From contig OX597828.1 of NCBI GenBank assembly GCA_951406725.2, forward strand, positions 54,436,001 through 54,500,000: 64,000 nt of DNA, read 5' to 3'. The notes under the pieces are model-generated. The model saw only the letters and a list, made by a program, of their open reading frames with translations. It was not told where the DNA came from and made no database searches. Below, one piece after another: positions 1 to 15,222 of this stretch (position 1 is the stretch's first letter; each line of letters begins with the position of its first letter). This DNA comes from Octopus vulgaris. Its lineage: Eukaryota. Made by a program: the position numbers and the translations under genes.

Positions 1-1297
<1,297 letters not shown>

Positions 1298-1410
1298 TTT
1301 ACTTTTTTTTAATGGTAATGATGATGAATGAAGAGAAAACATTTACACTATACTATTACTGTTGTTTCTGAATGTGAATATTAATAACGTGAAGCTCATC
1401 TCTATAGACA

Positions 1411-1464
<54 letters not shown>

Positions 1465-2057
1465 AAACATTGGGATTTTGACAACTGTTGTTCTTATAGA
1501 ACTTACGTATACCCGAGAAGGAATACTAGAACCATTTTTACCACTGATTAGAAAAGATATCTAATTAGCTGCTTGGCAAAGTAATTCGTGAAAAAGATCT
1601 CTTGAATTCTCTTGTCCAAGTAAGAAAGAAAAATAAAATTTAATCCTACAAAGGATGAAAGATACTCAAAAAAACATATTTTAGCAGGTCCTGTTTTGTT
1701 ATATAATTTATAACCCACAGAGTGGCTTCCAGTTAAATATACAATATACGTACAAAAAAAAAGGTTTCATTAAATGTACATAGAAAAATGAATTATAAAC
1801 AGTACCAATTTATTATTATTATTTTTTATATTCTAACTTTATTTTCTTAATTTATGAATGTTGTACTAATATTTAATGTAAGTTCATGCAAAACAGAATT
1901 ACACAGAATATGGGACTTTGAATTTTGAATTCTTTTTTATTTTTCTGTGATGACCGCACTCCCCCACTTTTTCTTATTTCTTCCATCCTACTTCCTAAAC
2001 ACACATATGTTTATACATACATATGTGTGTGTCTCTGTGTGTACGTACATACGCATA

Positions 2058-2096
<39 letters not shown>

Positions 2097-2103
<7 letters not shown>

Positions 2104-2640
2104 TAAATTAGAGATAAAACCACTATTAGGAAAATCAAACAGTGAAAAACATAAACCAAAACATAAAAATAAATATAATTAATATAATATACAAAAAATC
2201 TAAAATTTAAAATATTAAATTTAAAATTTCTTATATTCATAAATTTTTATTATTTTATATTAAACATTTTAATACTTTTTGATAGTATAAAAAAAATTAA
2301 AAGTTTAAAAATTTATAAATTTAAAATTTTAAAAATATATAAAAAAAATAAATAAAATAAAAAAATAAAAAAATTAAAATTTATAAATATAAAAAATAAA
2401 AAAATAAAAATTTATAAATATAAAAATTTTTTAATTTAATGATTTAAATTTTAAATTTTATATTTTTTGTATATTATGTTAATTATATATATTTTTATGT
2501 TTTGGTTTATGTTTTTCACTGTTTCATTTGCCTAATAGTGGTTTTATCTCTAATTTAATTTATATTTATACCGTGAAATTTGATTTAATCTTAAATCTAA
2601 CTTTTCCCTTTAAGTTTGGATTTAATCCCTATTATATATA
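2097..2640. repeat. AT-rich foldback element between (TA)n tracts, arms about 2097-2225 and 2440-2564
   Basis: aattaaattagagataaaaccactattagg...acagtgaaaaacataaaccaaaacataaaaat is mirrored by atttttatgttttggtttatgtttttcactgt...cctaatagtggttttatctctaatttaatt. Confidence 0.85.
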
Positions 2641-2654
2641 TATATATTTTTAAA

Positions 2655-2972
2655 GACTCCGCCGGTTACGACGACGAGGGTCCCAGCTGATACGATCAAC
2701 GGAACAGCTTGCTCGTGAAATTAACGTGCAAATGGCTGAGCATTCCACAGACACGTGTACCCTTAACGTAGTTCTCGGGGATAATCAGCGTGACACAGAG
2801 AGTGACAAGGCTGGCCCTTTGAAATACAAGTACAACTCATTTTTGCCAGCTGAGTGGACTGGAGCAACGGGAAATAAAGTGTCTTGCTCAAGGACACAAC
2901 GCGTCGCCGGGAATCGAACTCACAACCTTACGATCATGAGACGAATGCCCTAACCACTAAGCCACGCGCCCT
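2655..2972 (-). mobile_element. tRNA-derived SINE, family D (head 1 + CORE-like body + tail T1)
   Basis: Pol III A box TGGCTTAGTGG and B box GTTCGATTCC on minus; gtgtccttgagcaagacactt body; homologous copy at 61861-62140. Confidence 0.85.
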
Positions 2973-3058
<86 letters not shown>

Positions 3059-3192
3059 TGCATATACATACATGCGGATAGATGAGTGTTATTTGCTTCT
3101 GTTGTCTGTTTTCAGCACTATCGTCAAGGATGTCATATACAACTGTACAACATACATTTATAAATGCCACATGAATAAGTGTGTGTATAGAT

Positions 3193-3240
<48 letters not shown>

Positions 3241-3557
3241 GCACACGTATATGAATGAGATATATATCTAAGAACATATATGTATAATGCAGTCATACAC
3301 TTATATGTGGACGTACGTAACAAGAAAACGGCGCGTTAAAATGATGACAGAATATAAAACACAGAACGCATTATTTTATAGAAAATCGAATCACGGGAGA
3401 CAAGATTAATGACGTGGAAACCACAAAACAACTCCAGCAATAACTTATCGACAACAACAATAACAGCGACCAAACACGAGAACAACAACATGAATAATTA
3501 CAAGATGTTTATATTAATTATTCTAATAAATTCATCTCACAAATATCAAAATGTAAT

Positions 3558-3616
<59 letters not shown>

Positions 3617-3742
3617 TGGCTTCGTAATTTATTTTGCGATTTTAAAACGTTTTGAATTTAATTTTTGTCTTTAACATTTTTTCTTCGCTGTTTATTTTTC
3701 AATGCGAAGCAATCTTTTTTTCAGTTCGTAAAAGAAAAAGGT

Positions 3743-3880
3743 AGGGCTAGGATAAGTCGATTACATCTACCCCAGTACTTAACTGGTATTTATTTCATCG
3801 ACCCTGAAAGGATGAAAGGTAGAAGTTGACCTCAACGGAATTTGAACTCAGAACGTAAAGACCGACGAAATGCCGCTAAG
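3743..3880 (-). mobile_element. SINE family B fragment
   Basis: Minus strand has acgttctgagttcaaattcc and cctttcatcctttcagggtcgat, as in the other B copies. Confidence 0.75.
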
Positions 3881-4315
3881 TCAGTATTGAGTACTCAATT
3901 TGTATTGAGTATACATGGAGTAATCAATACCTTGTATCTCTACCGTGAGGCTTTATTTCCACACACGCCAGCTTAATGTAATTCGTCCTTAGTCGAAAGA
4001 TACCTGTTGTTATGTCCCGTTATTTGTATTTGTGTAACATTCTCCGTTTTTTTTTACCGTCCTGGTTTTCGTATACATTCGCTGCTTTCTTCCAAGGAAT
4101 CTAATGCTCTTAGCTTAGTTATTCCTTGGGGTTGGCCAGATTGTAGCAATCTCGAGTATAATCAGCCGAAATTGCAAAGATAATCTGGAACTCGAGTGAG
4201 GAAAGAAAACTCCGAATGATCCGTCCTTGTTTTCTTTGCATCGTCTATCTAGATGTTTTGTTGTCCCCTTTTTTGTATCACTTAGGTGTCTGGATGCTTT
4301 CGGCGTTCTTGTCCC

Positions 4316-4318
<3 letters not shown>
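3881..4318 (+). mobile_element. Dispersed repeat (family G) ending at (TA)n; possibly Penelope-derived
   Basis: The 3' part (atcagccgaaattgc...ccgtccttgttttctttg...gcgttcttgtcc) recurs at 47106-47275. Class assignment is inference. Confidence 0.6.
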
Positions 4319-4380
<62 letters not shown>

Positions 4381-4383
<3 letters not shown>

Positions 4384-4860
4384 AGAAAATGAGATGACAA
4401 AGGAATAAGCGATTATTTTATGAACTTCAATAGCTTACAGCTGTTTCTGCTATAAGATGAAGTGGACTCATAGATGAGTGCCTGAATAACACCTTATAGC
4501 TTCATCGGAACCGCAAAAGAACATGCGTTACTCAGGTATTCAGTTCTGAGTCCACTGTGTTTTATAGCAGACACGGGTGTAATGAAGTTCATAAGATAAT
4601 CGTTCATCTCATTTTCTAACTACCACTCTGTACTCGACTAACACTTCGTTCTGAAGGATAAGCATATGGAGTACAAGTGTACTGAGTTCTATGGAAATGT
4701 GTACATGTCCATACGTAATGTGTATTTAACAGTATCAGAGAAATAAGTTGTCAACTCATTCCACAAATGACAATGTATTTCTCGAGGCATAACAATGGAT
4801 CCTGTCACATATTATTTACCTTCTAAGTTCAAATTTACTAAAGATTCACAGTTTTGCATT
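4381..4860 (-). mobile_element. (TA)n-abutting palindromic element with hammerhead-like motif (putative Penelope pLTR derivative)
   Basis: Long imperfect inverted repeat, about 4382-4490 versus 4527-4619; hammerhead-like motif at 4432-4512. Confidence 0.65.
4432..4512 (-). ncRNA. Type I hammerhead ribozyme-like motif (U4C core variant)
   Basis: GGTT-CCGATGA-A-GCTATAAG...CTTATAGC-A-GAAA-CAGCT-GTA-AGCT: long stem II, palindromic stem III ACAGCTGT, GUA triplet. Confidence 0.6.
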
Positions 4861-4889
4861 GTCACCTTATGTGTATACACACACATACG

Positions 4890-4944
<55 letters not shown>

Positions 4945-4983
4945 ATCTATATATATATATATATACATACATGAATGCATATA

Positions 4984-5020
<37 letters not shown>

Positions 5021-5038
5021 GAATGCATATATATGTAT

Positions 5039-5348
5039 ATCACGTGACCACGTGACCGACCAGACCATCAGATGTTATTACACATCGCTGGTCACAATGC
5101 GTTCGCATTGTTTTAGCCTTCGAATGACACCACCCCGCTGGCTAAGCGAGCAGGCCAACAGAAGAAAGAGTAGTAGAAAAAGTGGTGAAAGAGTACAGCA
5201 GGGATCACCCCCCCCCCCCTGCCGGAGCCTCGTGGAGCTTTTGGGTGTTTTCGCTCAATAAACACATACAACGCCCGGTCTGGGAATCGAAACCGCGATC
5301 CTGCGACCGCGAGTCCGCTGCCCTAACCACTAGGCCATTGCGCCTCCA
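5039..5348 (-). mobile_element. tRNA(Arg-like)-derived SINE, family F (head 2 + tail T3)
   Basis: tggcctagtggttagggcagcggactcgcggtcg...tttcgattccc head is shared with 11399, 27350 and 34674. Confidence 0.85.
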
Positions 5349-5892
5349 CACACACACACACACACACACATTATATATATATATATATATATGTATATAC
5401 ATTTTATATATATGCATACATGCACATGCACACAAATACGCATTCTCTCTCTCACACACACACGTGTGCGTGTGTGTATGTGTGTGTGTGCGTGTTCGTG
5501 TGTGAACGCCCGCGCGTAGTTATGCAATACCAGCTGCACCCGTCCATTCTACTCTGTCTTTGTAATGTCATGAGCGCAGAAACTAAACAAATCGCAAAGT
5601 TCCATTGTCGCAGAAACGCGTCTTTTCTCGTCTTCTGTGGCCAAGTGTCTGCCGTCAGTTCAGTTTACCGATTTCAAAAACTTCGATTCCTGGTTTATGC
5701 TTGTGAGAAAGACGAGACAAAACACATAAAATTTATAGTTGCAATTGTTTTTGTAACAGAAACGCCATCCCTTGCCAATGTTTTGAACTCGCGAGAGCGA
5801 AAGATGTATTTCATTTAATAGAAAAGGTTACAAACAACACCGGCTTCAAGTAAAACATTTTCCTCCTACCATCTGTTATCTTTTGTCTTTTT

Positions 5893-6124
5893 TTACTTGT
5901 TTCAGTCGTTTGACTGCGGCCATGCTGGAGCACCGCCTTTAGTCGAGCACATCGACCCCAGGACATATTCTTTGTAAGCCTAGTACTTATTCTACCGCTA
6001 AGTTACGGGGACGTAAACACACCAGCATCGGTTGTCAAACGATGTTGGGGGGACAAACACAGACGCACAAACAAACACACACACACACATATATACATAC
6101 GACAGGCTTCTTTCAGTTTCCGCC
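5893..6124 (-). mobile_element. SINE family A, 3' half
   Basis: Matches the 3' half of full copies at 23072 and 54668. Confidence 0.85.
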
Positions 6125-6142
6125 TATAAAATAAGAACGAAC

Positions 6143-6371
6143 CTATTTCTTTATTACCCACAAGGAGCTAAACACAGAGGAAACAAACAAGGACAGACAA
6201 ACGGTTTAAGTCGATTATATCGACCCCAGTGCGAAACTGGTACTTAATTTATCGACCCCGAAAGGATGAAAGGGAAAAGTCGATTACGGCGGAATTTGAA
6301 CTCAGAACGTAACGGCAGAGGAAATACTGCAAAGCATTTCGCCCGGAGTGCTAACGATTCTGCCAGCTCGC
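6143..6371 (-). mobile_element. SINE family B (tail-1) inserted into a mariner remnant, 12-bp TSD
   Basis: aagaacgaacct at 6133-6144 and 6374-6385 flanks the copy. Confidence 0.88.
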
Positions 6372-6373
6372 AG

Positions 6374-6964
6374 AAGAACGAACCTGTTAAACGACGAGCG
6401 GTCTGGAAGACCTGTCAAGAGTATCACCGCCAGTAATGGGGAGAAAATTCATCAGCCTGTGCACGAGGAACGTCGGAAGACAATCAACAACATTGATGAT
6501 GTTGTTAGGTCTGTCGTATGGTTCCGTGAAGGCAATTCTACCTCCGCGAAAAAATTAGATTCCTCACGACGACAATGCATCCAGTAACAGAGCTTTCCTC
6601 TCTCGTGAGGTTCTGACCAAAAAAAAACCCCAAAAAACAAAAACATGCTTTCGCTTCTGCACCCACCCTATTCGCCATATTTAGCGCATGTAGACTTCCA
6701 CCTCTTCCTCAAGATGAAAATACAGCTCAAAGGTCGCCATTTTAACGCCATTGTCGAGATCAAGAGCGAATCGCAGAAAGTCCTCGACTCGCTTACAGGA
6801 AACGACTTCAAGGCTGGATTCCAAAAGTGGCAGGGACGGTGGGACCGGTGTAGTGCTGCGCAAGGTGTCTGTTTCGAAGGTGTCTATTTACCTAAAACTT
6901 AGGTAAATAAATTATTTTTTTCTTAGACATCCCTAGTCCGGGAACTTTTTGATACCACCTCGTA
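6374..6964 (+). mobile_element. Tc1/mariner transposase remnant with right TIR
   Basis: DERSGRP, HDNAS, HPPYSPYLAHVDFHLF...KWQGRWDRC...FEG; ends in gggaactttttgataccacctcgta. Confidence 0.88.
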
Positions 6965-7448
6965 CATACACACATTCTGCACACACGCATATACTGCATT
7001 TGTCAGATTCTGTTGTTTGATCAATTTGCTCAAAGTAAATGACAGCATTCATAAGTGTGTGTGTGTGTGTGTGTATCTATATATGTGCATGTGAACGTAC
7101 ACCGACACACAGACACAGACACACACACACACAGACCAGACATGTATCTACGCGTGCATATATGCATGCACGTTTGAATGTGTTCGTATGCGTGCGTGCG
7201 TGTATATTTGATACGCCTGTGACATATTTGTGTAGAAAAGCAAATGTAAATAAACCAGTGTAGGGTCCATGTCAGCTCCAGGGGTCAAAACACCGAAGCA
7301 AATATAAGAACGAAATCTTGTTTTGACCCCCACATTTAGCCTGCCAATATTCTACAGGCTTCCGTTTGCTTGTTTTGATTTCCACTAACGCAGTTGGCGT
7401 CATGTGCGTATGAGTGTGCGCGTAAGAATGCTGAACAAGAGAGTAAGA

Positions 7449-7451
<3 letters not shown>

Positions 7452-7532
<81 letters not shown>

Positions 7533-7537
7533 TGTGT

Positions 7538-7574
<37 letters not shown>

Positions 7575-7595
7575 TGTGTGTGTGTGTGTCTGTGT

Positions 7596-7648
<53 letters not shown>

Positions 7649-7707
7649 TGTGTCTGTGTCTATGTGTGTGTGTGTGTGAGAGAGAGAGAGAAAGAGAGAG
7701 AGAGGGA

Positions 7708-7759
<52 letters not shown>

Positions 7760-7776
7760 GAGTGTGTGTGTGTGTT
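7452..7776. repeat. Compound (GT)n/(GA)n microsatellite
   Basis: Directly visible. Confidence 0.95.
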
Positions 7777-8512
7777 TGTAAGTGAATTTGTGTCTCTATC
7801 TCAGACGCGAGTGTTTGACGTGGCCGAATAGGTACGTACAAGTCAAAATACGAACGATCCCTTTCTCTTTCTCTACGTATATGTATGTGTGTACGTGTAT
7901 GTGTATGTGTGCGTCTGTGTATTTGTATGTGTGCGTCTGTGTATTCACGTATATACATATAAAGAAAGAGACAGTGCGTATTTTGACTTGTACGTAAACC
8001 TTGAGTAATCTCTCTCACTCATTTGGTCACGTCACACACGTAACACACACAAGCATACACAAAAAACACACATACCCACTGATACATATGTATATAATAA
8101 TTTAAGTCGGTCCAGTAGCCTGTTAGTCTCGTGTGCATAGGACGTGCTGCTGCGCTTCTTCAGACATGCTCAACAGATCTCTTTCAGCAGGTCTTTGGTA
8201 ATCTGATCTCTTAAAAAACTTTTTAAATGATAATTTTCAATAAAAAATATATCATGACTCAATAAAAAATTGCCCCCACCCACAAACACATACATGCATA
8301 CATACATATATACATACATATATACATACATAGATACACGCATACATACATAAAAGAAAACACACATCTGCACGTATACATTCATACATACATATATACA
8401 TACATACAAAAATACCCTGTTGCTGTTGTTGAAATTCCAATGAAGGGGCCTTGGAACTTGGTCAGAAGACGGATATTTCTCTATTGGCAAGAAATCTTGA
8501 AAGAAAACTGAA

Positions 8513-8920
8513 TAATCTTTTCTACTCTCGGCACAAGGTTCGAAATTTTTGGGGCGGGAGCCAGTCGGTTAGATCGACCCAGTATGCAACTGGTACTTAA
8601 TTTACCGACCCCGAAGGGATTAAAGGCAAAGTCGACCTCGGCGTAATTTGAACTCAGAACGTAAAGACAGACGATATACCTATTTCTTTGCTACCCACAA
8701 GAGGCTAAATACAGAGAGGACAAACAAGGACAGACAAACGGATTAAGTCGATTATATCGACCTCAGTGCGTAACTGGTACTTATTTAATCGACCTCGAAA
8801 GGATGAAAGGCAAAGGCAAAGTCGACCTCGGCGGAATTTGAACTCAGAACGTAGCGGCAGACGAAATACCACAAAGCATTTCGCCCGGCGTGCCAACGTT
8901 TCTGCCAGCTCGCTGCCTTA
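8513..8920 (-). mobile_element. Composite SINE B: head-body-tail1-body-tail2
   Basis: Two bodies joined at aaagaaatag|gtatatcgtctg (about 8680); flanked by aaaactgaat on both sides. Confidence 0.85.
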
Positions 8921-8964
8921 ATAAAACTGAATGACATACATATGTATTCTTTTATTCTTTTATT

Positions 8965-9310
8965 CTGTTACTTGTTTCAGTCATTTGAGTGTGACCATGC
9001 TGAAGCGCCGCTTTAGTCGAACAAATCGACCGCAGGACTTATTCTTTGTAAACCTAGTACTTATTCTATCGGTTATTTTTGCCGAACCTCTAAGGTACGG
9101 GAACGTAAACACACCAACATCGGTTGTCAAGCGATGGTGGTGGTGGGGACAAATACTGACACAAAGACACACACACACACATATATATGACGGGCTTCTT
9201 TCAGTTTCCGTCTACCAAATCCACTCACAAGGCTTTGATCGACCCGAGACTATAGTAGAAGACACTTGCCGAACGTGCCACACAGTAAGACTGAACCCAG
9301 AACCACATGG
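8965..9310 (-). mobile_element. SINE family A, near full length
   Basis: Homology to 23072-23508. Confidence 0.85.
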
Positions 9311-10060
9311 TATGTATATGTCTGTTTCCTGTAAAAGAACGTCGAAAAAATACCGGTTTTTAACGTTCTGGATTCGAATCCTTTTGTGGTCGATTGCACC
9401 TTTCATCCTTTCGACATCGATAAAATAAGCACCAGTAATCGGCTTTCCACTCTCCTTATTCTTCTTATTGTTGGCTTAGTGGTTAAGGTGTTGCTACTTC
9501 ACCGCATCCACGTGTTAGACTTTACCTTATATAAGAATCAACACTCCACACTTTTTCAAACCAAATTCCATTCTAACGTCTGTGCTAGAGTAATGCACTG
9601 TTTGAATCAGTAAATGCAGTTGGTTTTCCTCTTTCCATAGAGCTTCAGATCATCTATAAAAAAGGAAATGATCTTTTCTTTCCTTGAATTCATACTCATA
9701 ACATTTCGTGTTATGTATAGCGTCCTATGTGAAAGATATTTCCCTTATCACCGATCGACTGAAAATCGTAACAATTTTGCCACATTCCATTTGTAGCGCC
9801 CCCTCCAGCCGTGACCAGTTGCATTGACGTTATAGTGGAATGTTCGTTTATTTCGGCGCACCTCATACTAGAGTTTATTCGTCTGTCATTCATGCTGTTC
9901 CTTCAACAAATTAAGCTGAAACCACTCTAGGTATTAGAGTAGATACAGGTGATATAACAACACCTGTAACTATGCAACAGAAATAATTTTGCTTCATAGC
10001 AAAAGATTAGGGTTTTGCCTTCAGTTTCTGATCTTTCCCTTACTTGAATCATGAATCTGC

Positions 10061-10158
<98 letters not shown>

Positions 10159-10233
10159 GTATATATGTATATATATATATGTATATATGTATATATATAT
10201 ACATTGCATGTAGGTATACATGCATACATAAAT

Positions 10234-10266
<33 letters not shown>

Positions 10267-10376
10267 TACGCAGACACACATGTATATGTGCTTCTAAATC
10301 TACATCTATCTCTCTCTACATTTTTTTTTACTTATCTGTCTATTTAAGTCTTTCTCGCTCTCTATATATAAATATG

Positions 10377-10420
<44 letters not shown>

Positions 10421-10430
10421 CACACATATT

Positions 10431-10464
<34 letters not shown>

Positions 10465-10541
10465 AAGAGTTAAATAGACAAATAAGTAATATATATATAG
10501 ATGTGTGTGTGTATATGTATGTATGTGTGTATTTTTGTGCG

Positions 10542-10580
<39 letters not shown>

Positions 10581-10773
10581 CAGAGAAAAAGAGAAAGAGA
10601 GGAATAATGGCAGAAAGGAAGAATGAAAGACAAACAGACAGATCTAAAGGAAGAAAAAGTATATAATTTAAGTAAGCAGAATTATTTCGTTCTCTTCAGT
10701 TGAAGTCTTACAGCAACAACTCCAAATGACGATCATTCACCCTCGCAAAGTGAGAGTGAAAGGAATTAGAAAC

Positions 10774-10861
<88 letters not shown>

Positions 10862-11236
10862 GGCTTCCGTAGCTTCTCAGTTTTCCCGTGTCTTGAAGTT
10901 TTGGTATCGATGACATCTTAGTTGTGGCAGTGGTGGAGGTTTGTTGTGGTGGTGGAGGTGGTGGTGGTAGTGGTTTGTCGTTGTCGTTGTTGATGACACA
11001 CGGCGTTGACAGGTTTTGAAAAAACTGTACTCTATCTTTAAATAAATGATGCTTGCATTACTACGTGGATTAACTGATCGCTTCGTAACGCCATTTTTCT
11101 TTTTGGTTTCAATCCCACTGTCTTCTGCCTTAATTTTGAACAGACTAAAAAGAGGATTAGGAAATGGAAACTCGAAGATGCAAGCTTTTTCTATCAAACT
11201 TGTGTTTGGAACTCTCTATATTCTGTTAATGTAGGC

Positions 11237-12300
11237 ACTTCTTGTCTTGTCTTGAGACAGCATTCACCCGGGGTGGGTTGAGCTGGCTTCATTCATCCTC
11301 AATGCTGCGTCTCTCACAAACGCCGACCAGGCCTGGCGATTTGAGACTAACGACCGCGTGATCTCCAACCACTCCTTATTCCAGCAGCGAACGCACTAGG
11401 CACATGGCCTAGTGGTTAGAACAGCGGACTCGTGGTCGAGGGATCGCGGGTTCGAATCTCAGACCGGGTGATGTGTGTGTTTATGAGCGAAACACCTAAG
11501 CTCCACGTGACTCCGGCCGAAGGTAATGGCGAACTTCTGGTGAGTCTTTCGCCACAACTTTCTCTCACATTTTTCTCCTGCATCTTTCAGCTCACCTGCG
11601 ACGGACTGGCGTCCCGTACAGGTGGGGAACCTATTTGCGAAGGAAACCAGGAAACCGGCCCTTATGAACCAGGCATGGCTCGAGAAGGAACAAACGATAT
11701 TCTGTTAAATATAGCATTTCTCGAAGTTAGAGCATAACACTGTTGCCAGAGCTCCTATCAGAAGCTTTCTGTGTATTGTACTTACATTCTTTTCAATCTT
11801 TATTCATTTTTGTTTAGTCAATCCCATGTTCTCTGATTCAAGAAACAATGGAACCAGTCACCCTGTTTTTCCTGTCGTTCTTCCATCGTTACGCTGTTCA
11901 ACTTTGTTAAAACCTGGAGATGCTACTTTCCACAAGAATTTTATGGCCTATGATATTAACTCCTGCATCTACTCTTGGAGTAGTTCAGCATTCCCGATTG
12001 CAGTCCCTATTTGAAGAATCCATGAAGATATAAATAGCAATTGACTATCGCGAATGTCACATCATTTTGTTCCTAATTCCCGAGGCATTGTCATGGATGT
12101 CTCAAATTCTTGTGGTATTGTTTTCGACACCACAACTGCCGTTTGAAAAGAAAACAGAAACGATGAATGGTTATCAAAATCCAATAAAACTCTTTCTTAT
12201 GTAGCTTTCGCCAAATTCTGTAAAAGTAGTTTGTTCCCAAAGAATTTATTGCTTCTGTGGGTATTTCTAACAAATTTGATGCCAGTTCAATGAATTAAAG
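11237..12300 (-). mobile_element. Decayed RTE-like LINE 3' region interrupted by a SINE
   Basis: 11237-11396 reads RCWNKEWLEITRSLVSNRQAWSAFVRDA...STHPG* followed by a (CAAGA)n tail. 11700-12300 shows only weak RT-thumb-like remnants. Confidence 0.55.
11399..11695 (+). mobile_element. tRNA(Arg-like)-derived SINE, family E (head 2 + tail T2)
   Basis: A box tggcctagtgg, B box ggttcgaatct; close copy at 34674-34976. Confidence 0.9.
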
Positions 12301-12599
12301 TAAACGAAAATTGTTGTTCACTCCGAGGTAAGATCTGATCCAGGAAACTTAGCGTCAAAACAATTTTCTCGACGCCTATCGAATCTCTCTCACAATGTAT
12401 CTATCTAGAACTGCGATTCTTTAGAAAGTTAACGATTCCTGAATCTCAAAGGACATCAGTATGTCCATCAAAATTATTATCACCAGTTCTTATAGATGCC
12501 AGTGGGAGTTTAAAGATGTCAATATTTAGCTTTTTATTTTACAAAACAACAAAGAAAATTCGATTTCAATACATTTTTTAATATCTTGGATTATATTTG

Positions 12600-12815
12600 A
12601 GGCAAAGAGCTGGCAGAATCGTTAGCATGCCGGGTAAAATGCTTAGTGGCATTTCGTCCGTCTTCATGTTCTGAGTTCAAATTCCGTCGAGGTCGACTTC
12701 GTTTTTTGTGCTTTCGGGGTCGATAAATTAAGTACCAGTTTAGTACTGTGCTCGATGTAATCCACTTATCTACAGCTCCGAAATTGCTGTCATTGTGCCA
12801 AAATTTGAAATCAAT
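12600..12815 (+). mobile_element. SINE family B (tail-2)
   Basis: gagctggcagaatcgttagc...ttctgagttcaaattcc...ttgtgccaaaatttgaa. Confidence 0.8.
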
Positions 12816-12894
12816 ATCTTGGCTTATATTATGAGACGGATTCACCGTAACTTAACTATATGCTCTCTGCAATACCCCGTGCAGCATATAATGT

Positions 12895-13105
12895 CTCAAA
12901 TTTTGACACAAGGCCAGCAATATCGAGGAAGGGGCTAAGTCGATTAAACCGACCCCAGTGCTCAACTGGCACTTATTTTATCGACCCCGAAAATATGAAA
13001 AGCAAAGTCGACCACGGCGGAATTTGAACTCAAAACGTAAAGACAGACGAAATGCTGCTAAGCACTTCGCTCGGTCTGCTAACGATTCTGCTAGCGTGTC
13101 ACCTT
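12895..13105 (-). mobile_element. SINE family B (tail-2), inverted relative to the 12600 copy
   Basis: Reverse complement of the same motifs. Confidence 0.8.
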
Positions 13106-13920
13106 ACGGGCAGCATATAATGGAATCAAAAAGCTACCGTTTCTTAATCAAGATATTTATCAACGTGACTTGAATTGACTGATGGAGACCCGAACACTCA
13201 CAGCTAGAAGCCACTTTAGAATTTCACCAAATCTTTCTTTTTTCTCGACAACATACATCAGTTGTGGGCGCGTTCAATATCCAGGAAACTTTAAGTAATG
13301 TTGAGCCGAGTCAACCCGTTATTAAATGTTGCAACTCGAATTAAATGTGTTGAGAGCTGTTTTCTTTCCATTGCTCACTTACTCTCACACACTCACAGCA
13401 CACATATATACGCGCACACAAGCATATACACATAGATATGGATATAGTTAGGTATGTATGTATGTATATATGCGGGTGGCTAGAGCAACATGAAAAAGTA
13501 GGGCGGGCACCTACCTGGTGGTGTAGGTAAATTCCATTGCTATTAAATGAGCCATGTGCGATTAAAGGATCAAATAACACCAAATACAAAGCGATAAAAA
13601 GAAAAACACCAATAACAACAACAACATCAGCATCAACAGCAACAATAATCTCAAACAAATATCTTTGTGGTGTGTTCTATTCCACATTTCTCGTAAAATA
13701 CTTATATTTACACACACACACACATACGTACAAGGGCACAAACGCATACATGCACCATCTCACACACGGGTACGCACGCATAAACAAACACACACATACA
13801 TTCGTACTAACGCATTTTCATGTGTACATATGTACGTTTCATTATCACTACGTATATGTATATCCATGTATGTATGTGCGCGTGTGTGCATGTGGTGTGT
13901 GTGTGAGTGTGTGTGTGTGC

Positions 13921-14020
<100 letters not shown>

Positions 14021-14194
14021 ATATCCTGCACAGATCTTGATCTTCAGAGTTCAACTCTCAGCGCAAAACAGTTCAGCACAACCAGTAACATCTGTAGAAG
14101 ATACTTACCTGAGGTGCCTCGCCGTAGATTCGAACTCACCAACCGTTCAGTTATGACCTTATATATATATATGTATGTGTGTTGTGGATGTGTA

Positions 14195-14228
<34 letters not shown>

Positions 14229-14413
14229 CATACACACATACACACACACGTACACATACATGTGTGTGTGTGTGTGTGTGAATATGTGTTTGTATGTGTG
14301 CGTGCGTCTGTATGTGTGTGTGTGTGTGTAATCTATAAATTAGTGCTTTTACTAATATTGAGTCAGAAGATTTAATAGACGTCTGAACAAAGAAAAAAAT
14401 ATTTTTAAAAAAT

Positions 14414-14456
<43 letters not shown>

Positions 14457-14841
14457 CAACAATAGAAATAAAAGGCTTTAATGCTTTCCAAGCGAACCGG
14501 CCGACTGCAACGAGGCGCGAACTTAAAATAGCCGTAACACAGCGATCGACAAATGAAAACACGACAAATTACTTAATCTTTCCTATATTTCTCTTCCAGA
14601 CAAAGCCACATAAAATAAAAAAAAAAAAGATACAACTGTGTGTGTGTGTGTGTGTGTTATATGTACAAGCATATACGTATATACACAAATATACGTATAT
14701 AAATATATATATATATATATATATACGAACACATATATATATATTATATGTGCACATGTACACATATAAATATATATATATATAAATATATGTGTATATA
14801 AATATATATATGTATATATACACACACAGACACACACACAT

Positions 14842-14886
<45 letters not shown>

Positions 14887-15151
14887 AATATATACATGTA
14901 TATGTACACAGACACACACATGCATACAAATATGTGTGTGTGTGTATGTGTGTGTGAGTATATGTATATATATTTATATACACCCACACAAACTATAAAT
15001 GGCCTTACAAATAAATAGCTTAGACGAGGTATTAATTCCATTAAGAAATAAATTGAAACATCTGGCATACATACATACATAGGTACATGCACGCATATAT
15101 ACACACACACACATGTGTGTATGAAAATAATTACATCCATACACACATACG

Positions 15152-15222
<71 letters not shown>

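Noticed and set aside
1465-1800. Possible Penelope 3' remnant on minus
   Set aside because: Similarity too weak to support.
3935-4010. Hammerhead-like motif in family G (CCGTGA-GGCT...AGTC-GAAA)
   Set aside because: Core lacks a base and there is no clear stem III, NUH or stem I.
7280-7331. 12-bp inverted repeat ggggtcaaaaca/tgttttgacccc
   Set aside because: Real but too short and isolated to assign.
8435-8480. Hammerhead-like ccaatgaagg...agaagac
   Set aside because: Both conserved boxes are broken.
11399-11470. tRNA genes at SINE heads (also 2900-2972, 34674, 45375)
   Set aside because: A and B boxes are present, but acceptor stems are not convincing and each runs into a repeated SINE body.
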